Shown here piece by piece: positions 62,804 to 64,000 of a stretch of 64,000 bases of DNA. The notes under the pieces were generated by a model, which made no database searches, was not told the DNA's origin, and worked only from the letters and a program-made list of their open reading frames with translations. The position numbers were made by a program, and so were the translations under genes. Positions within the stretch are counted from its first letter, which is position 1. Every line of letters starts with the position of its first letter. Location: NCBI GenBank assembly GCA_038087875.1, contig CM075988.1:14076001-14140000 (forward strand), in the 5' to 3' direction. Source of the stretch: Malacoraja senta (taxonomy: Eukaryota).

Positions 62804-63929
62804 ATTATGTTAAATATAACTTATTATTAACAAATGGAGGAAAAGGTGAAATTATAGAATTGTTCAAGGCAGAACAATGAACCAAAAGTTCCCAAGTCTG
62901 ATTGTTAACCTGTGACTCCTGCTCCCAAGTGGATCTATTGAATTCCTCAACCTTTGAATAAAGAGTCAGCCTTGTGTCTGATGACTCACACGATGAACAG
63001 CTAGGATGACCAATTGACTGCCGCACTGTCAACTTGTACATCGCTTGATGTTGCCATAACAACATGAGTCAAAAAAATGCTCTCTCCATCCATATTCAAT
63101 TATTTTGAGCTATGCACCTTCCTGAGTGCAGTTAATCATCTTTTTGTGAGGTGTATATATGATTCCGTTTTGTGAGGTGAGGTTTGTACTTTTCTCTTAA
63201 CATCGCATTCAACAGTTAGACCTTTTATACACTTCACGTGTTTCTCACAGCTAATCTTTCTCCATAGAACAAACCCCTCATCCCTGGATTCATTCCAGTG
63301 AATCCACACTGCTCGTGTTCCATACTAAGTAATCTTTTATTAGGTATGAAGATCAAAACTTCATCTGTCACTTCACACGTGATCCTACAAAACCATTAGA
63401 TCATCTCAGCAATTCCTGCCTTGTTTTATATTCTAAGTCCCTTAGCATAATCATTTGTAGTCTAAATTGCTTTTATGGTCTAAGGAGTCTAATGTTTACT
63501 CTCTGCATATCACTTTCTCACCAAATCTTATATAATCAACTAATCTGGATAAGTTACACTCAATCAATTCATCTAAATTATTAATTTAATTTTGAATAAC
63601 TAATTGAGGGCTTGGTATGGTGGAAACAAGGACCTGCAGATTGTGGTTTACACAAAAGGATGCTAAGTGCTGGGGTAACTTATCGGGTCAGGCAGCATCG
63701 CTGGAGAACATGAATAGGTGACGTTTAGGGTCGGGACCCTTCTTCAGACTGACCAGGCTTGTTACTGATGCTTGTGGCATCTCACAGGTTAGAATGGCGG
63801 GATACTGGGCAAATCCAGAGAGATTCCGAGGATATTATTATCACTGTACAACTAAGAAACTGCTTTAGAAAGTCACCCAGATTGGACCACCAGTGTCATG
63901 CGGCATCTTAAAATAAGACACGAGTTTAC

Positions 63930-64000
63930 CTCTTGAAGAAGACATTTTCCTCCTCCCAGAGCCAGGTGTAAGTTAAGTTTTCGGGACATGCTTCTGCCTG
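63930..64000 (-). CDS. IGSF9B: IGSF9B coding exon, Ig3 first half (partial; 5' part lies beyond the window)
   Basis: Minus strand reads QAEACPENLTYTWLWEEENVFFK+AG, then donor GTAAAC. Matches the recalled IGSF9B segment RAEAYPGNLTYTWYWQDENVYFQN. Phase 2 fits the next exon (AG|T = Ser). Confidence 0.9.

Overview
Eukaryotic, repeat-rich vertebrate DNA; the repeat landscape suggests a cartilaginous fish such as a skate or ray (inference). The window lies entirely inside one minus-strand gene, IGSF9B (protein turtle homolog B). Seven coding exons, read by hand, splice in frame with GT-AG boundaries: 63930-64000 (cut by the window edge), 43817-43962, 32272-32414, 29113-29253, 24011-24127, 17253-17403 and 1399(or 1387)-1510. 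They encode Ig domains 3-5 and the start of the first FN3 domain. The 3-20 kb introns hold CR1, Penelope-like (GIY-YIG), Rex1/Babar, L1 and L2-like fragments, tRNA-derived V-SINEs and PIF/Harbinger- and hAT-type MITEs. Most ORF-track entries are TE debris or chance ORFs. Most notable: (i) an abundant family of short Penelope-derived inserts carrying a minimal hammerhead-ribozyme-like core (CUGAAGA-stem II-GAAACGUH), often as TSD-flanked foldbacks, one with a perfect 72-bp stem; (ii) tandem in-frame 5' splice donors that toggle a YGPV insert in FN3; (iii) a perfect 42-bp template-switch-type palindrome; (iv) an inverted flank duplication at a CR1 5' junction; (v) an extra cysteine in Ig3. No prokaryotic system or CRISPR array is present.
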